64,000 bases of DNA, from positions 64,001-128,000 of the forward strand of contig CBDCTZ010000009.1 in the NCBI GenBank assembly GCA_965222375.1. The letters are read 5' to 3'. The DNA comes from Polyangiaceae bacterium (lineage in GTDB: Bacteria; Myxococcota_A; Polyangia; Polyangiales; Polyangiaceae). The position numbers and the translations under genes are program-made. Positions 61,891 to 64,000 of this stretch are shown here, piece by piece. Positions within the stretch are counted from its first letter, which is position 1. Every line of letters starts with the position of its first letter. The notes under the pieces were generated by a model, which saw only the letters and a program-made list of their open reading frames with translations, ran no database searches and was not told the origin of the DNA.

Positions 61891-63225
61891 ATGAAGGCTT
61901 GCTCTGTTTGCGGGCGCTTGTATCCGGACGATGCGGGCTTCTGCCCCGTCGACGGGCAAGGGCTCGTGAGCGCCACGCAAGCGCCCGTAGCCGGCAGTGA
62001 TGACGACGCTCGCATCGGGCAGATCATGTGCGAGCGCTATCAGGTCCGGCGCGTCGTTGCCGATGGTGGAATGGGACGCGTGTATGAAGCCCTCGACGTG
62101 GTCGATCGAGGCAACGTTGCCCTGAAGATCCTGCACCCGGACGTTGCTCAAGATGAAGTTAGTGTGGAGCGCTTTCGACGGGAGTTCGAAGTCAGCAAGC
62201 TACTTCCCCACGATCACATCGTGGATGTGCGCGACTTCCAGCCCACCAAAGACGGAAGCTACGCCCTGGCGATGGAGTTTCTCTATGGCGAAGAGCTGAG
62301 AAACACCCTGAAGCGGGAGGGCGTGATTCCGCCGGCCCGAGTTGTGCGCATGGTGAGCCAAATCGCTTTGGCTTTGGACGAAGCTCACAGCCGCAAGCTG
62401 GTGCACCGGGACTTGAAGCCTGACAACATCTTTTTGTGCCAGACCCGCGAAGGCGACAACGTCAAGATCCTCGATTTCGGGTCGGTAAAAGACAAGGGCG
62501 AGAGCGCGAAGAAGCTGACGGTCATGGGCACGACCATCGGTTCGCCCTACTACATGGCGCCGGAGCAGGCGCAGGGGCTGGATACTCTGGACCATCGTGC
62601 CGACGTGTGGTCCCTCGCCGCCATTAGCTACGAGTGCGTATCCGGAAAGGTTCCCTTCCAGGGCTCGAACGGGCCGGCGATTCTGCTGGAGATCCTGACC
62701 AAGGAGCCGCCCTTGGTGAGCAAGGTCGGGCAGGGCCAGAAGTACCCCATTCCGCCAACCTTGGATCGTGTGATGCTTCACGCCTTCAAGAAGAACGCTT
62801 CCACGCGGATAGAGTCCGTGGGCAAGCTCGCCGACGCGCTCGGCACCGCCTTTGGACTCAGCGGTGACCACCATGCGTGGGCGACGATCACCGAGGCCGA
62901 GCTGTCCGCGGCGATCGAGGCTCAGATGCCGGTGCTGATGCAGGCTGAGGGGCGACCCACGAACGCAGATGTCGTGACCGACGGCTTCTTTGGAGAATCA
63001 GCGGCGCTGGATGCGCCGGATCCCTTTGCAAGCACGCAGCCACCACCCGGCATGGGTGGAGCTCAGCCCATGCCTCCGGGCGCTCCGCCCATGCAGTACG
63101 GCGCCCAGGACGATCTCGTACCCATGGGAATGCCGAAGAACAACAACTTGTTGTTGTTCGTCGGCATTGCAGCGGGTGGGTTCTTCCTCCTGATCGTCGT
63201 CGTCGTGCTGGTTGTCATCTTCTGA
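61891..63225 (+). CDS. Hanks-type Ser/Thr protein kinase with an N-terminal Zn-ribbon and a C-terminal TM
   Basis: CSVC...CPVDG, GGMGRVY, VALK, HRDLKPDN, DFG, GSPYYMAPE and hydrophobic C-terminus. Confidence 0.96.
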   Translation: MKACSVCGRLYPDDAGFCPVDGQGLVSATQAPVAGSDDDARIGQIMCERYQVRRVVADGGMGRVYEALDVVDRGNVALKILHPDVAQDEVSVERFRREFEVSKLLPHDHIVDVRDFQPTKDGSYALAMEFLYGEELRNTLKREGVIPPARVVRMVSQIALALDEAHSRKLVHRDLKPDNIFLCQTREGDNVKILDFGSVKDKGESAKKLTVMGTTIGSPYYMAPEQAQGLDTLDHRADVWSLAAISYECVSGKVPFQGSNGPAILLEILTKEPPLVSKVGQGQKYPIPPTLDRVMLHAFKKNASTRIESVGKLADALGTAFGLSGDHHAWATITEAELSAAIEAQMPVLMQAEGRPTNADVVTDGFFGESAALDAPDPFASTQPPPGMGGAQPMPPGAPPMQYGAQDDLVPMGMPKNNNLLLFVGIAAGGFFLLIVVVVLVVIF

Positions 63226-63267
63226 TCGGGTGGGGCGACCCCCGCAGTCGTGCTAGGACCAAAACGC

Positions 63268-63768
63268 ATGCAAAACATCTCCAAACCTTGGATGGCGGGC
63301 CTACTCCTTGGTTGGGTCGGCTTGGCCTGCAATAAAGAGCAACCCCCTGCCGCCGAGCAGCCGAAGTCGCCGAGTGCGCCTCAGGCGGCCAGTGGCACTG
63401 CCGGTGAAGCCAAGGCTCGCCACGACGAAGCGAACTTCACGCTCGAAGTGGTGCCCCAAGGCGAGTACCAGGCGGGCAAGGCCGCTGAGGTTGCGGTGGT
63501 CTTGTCGGCCAAGGCGCCCTTCAAGTGCAATGACAAGTACCCCTACAAGTTGAAGCTCGAGGAGTCCGAAGGCGTGACCCTGACCAGCAAGGTCGTGAAG
63601 AAAGATGCGGTCAAGTTGCAGACGCACAAGGCGACAATGACCGTGCCCTTCACGCCGGACGCGGCTGGTACGCGCCGACTTGCCGGAGAGTTCAGCTTCT
63701 CGGTCTGCACCGAAGACAAGTGCCTGATCGAAAAGCGCAAACTTGCCCTCGACGTGACGGTGAAATAG
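63268..63768 (+). CDS. Lipoprotein with a beta-sandwich (DsbD N-terminal-like) domain
   Basis: Lipobox GLAC; FKCNDKYP and FSVCTEDKC motifs. Confidence 0.65.
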   Translation: MQNISKPWMAGLLLGWVGLACNKEQPPAAEQPKSPSAPQAASGTAGEAKARHDEANFTLEVVPQGEYQAGKAAEVAVVLSAKAPFKCNDKYPYKLKLEESEGVTLTSKVVKKDAVKLQTHKATMTVPFTPDAAGTRRLAGEFSFSVCTEDKCLIEKRKLALDVTVK

Positions 63769-63850
63769 CCGACGCCGCGCCTGCCAGGCGCGCGCGCCCG
63801 GATTTTCCACAATACCCGCGATGCAATCGGCGGCGTGGTAGTCTAGCGAC

Positions 63851-64000
63851 ATGGGTTCCAGCAAGATCCTGGACGACCTCGCCGCAATCGCCGAACGGGT
63901 GCAGCGCGAGTTCGAAGAAGAGCGGAGGCTGCTGTCGTTTTCCGAATACTTGGAGCTCTTTGCTGCGGATCCGGTGCGGCATAGCCGGGATGCTGCGCGG
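63851..64000 (+). CDS. 5' part of a probable PrkA-family serine kinase/AAA+ protein (truncated by the window)
   Basis: Hand translation MGSSKILDDLAAIAERVQREFEEERRLLSFSEYLELFAADPVRHSRDAAR; LSFxEYLxxF...P is the PrkA N-terminal pattern. Confidence 0.6.
   Translation, partial: MGSSKILDDLAAIAERVQREFEEERRLLSFSEYLELFAADPVRHSRDAAR

Overview
High-GC window that looks myxobacterial (Myxococcota, probably Polyangiales-like; inferred from gene content). Positions 1-12.2 kb are the right end of an element integrated at a tRNA-His gene. It carries a tyrosine integrase whose reading frame runs into the tRNA 3' end, a stand-alone DUF262/HNH (GmrSD-like) defence candidate, and two pairs of exported protease plus overlapping Cys-rich lipoprotein. 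Positions 12.4-64 kb are core-type chromosome dominated by a gliding-motility (Glt/Agl-type) locus: two GltA/B-like beta-barrels, GltK-, GltC-, GltD-, GltE-, GltF-, GltG- and a 3782-aa GltI/AgmK-like gene. These are interspersed with ftsY, yraN, an HDAC-family gene, an FHA-sigma54 activator, an amidase, a NUDIX hydrolase, dksA, uvrA, two FGE-like genes, a CAT-anticodon tRNA, a zinc-ribbon protein, a Ser/Thr kinase and the start of a PrkA-like gene. The most unusual object is a ~950-bp cassette at 15962-16910: a four-helix-bundle (bAvd/IVP-like) gene preceded by a Y-shaped base-paired leader and bracketed by GCGTGA-type hexamer tracts, three copies of a 28-nt core repeat, and a final tract in inverted orientation. 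All family calls come from motif recognition by eye; no searches were run.
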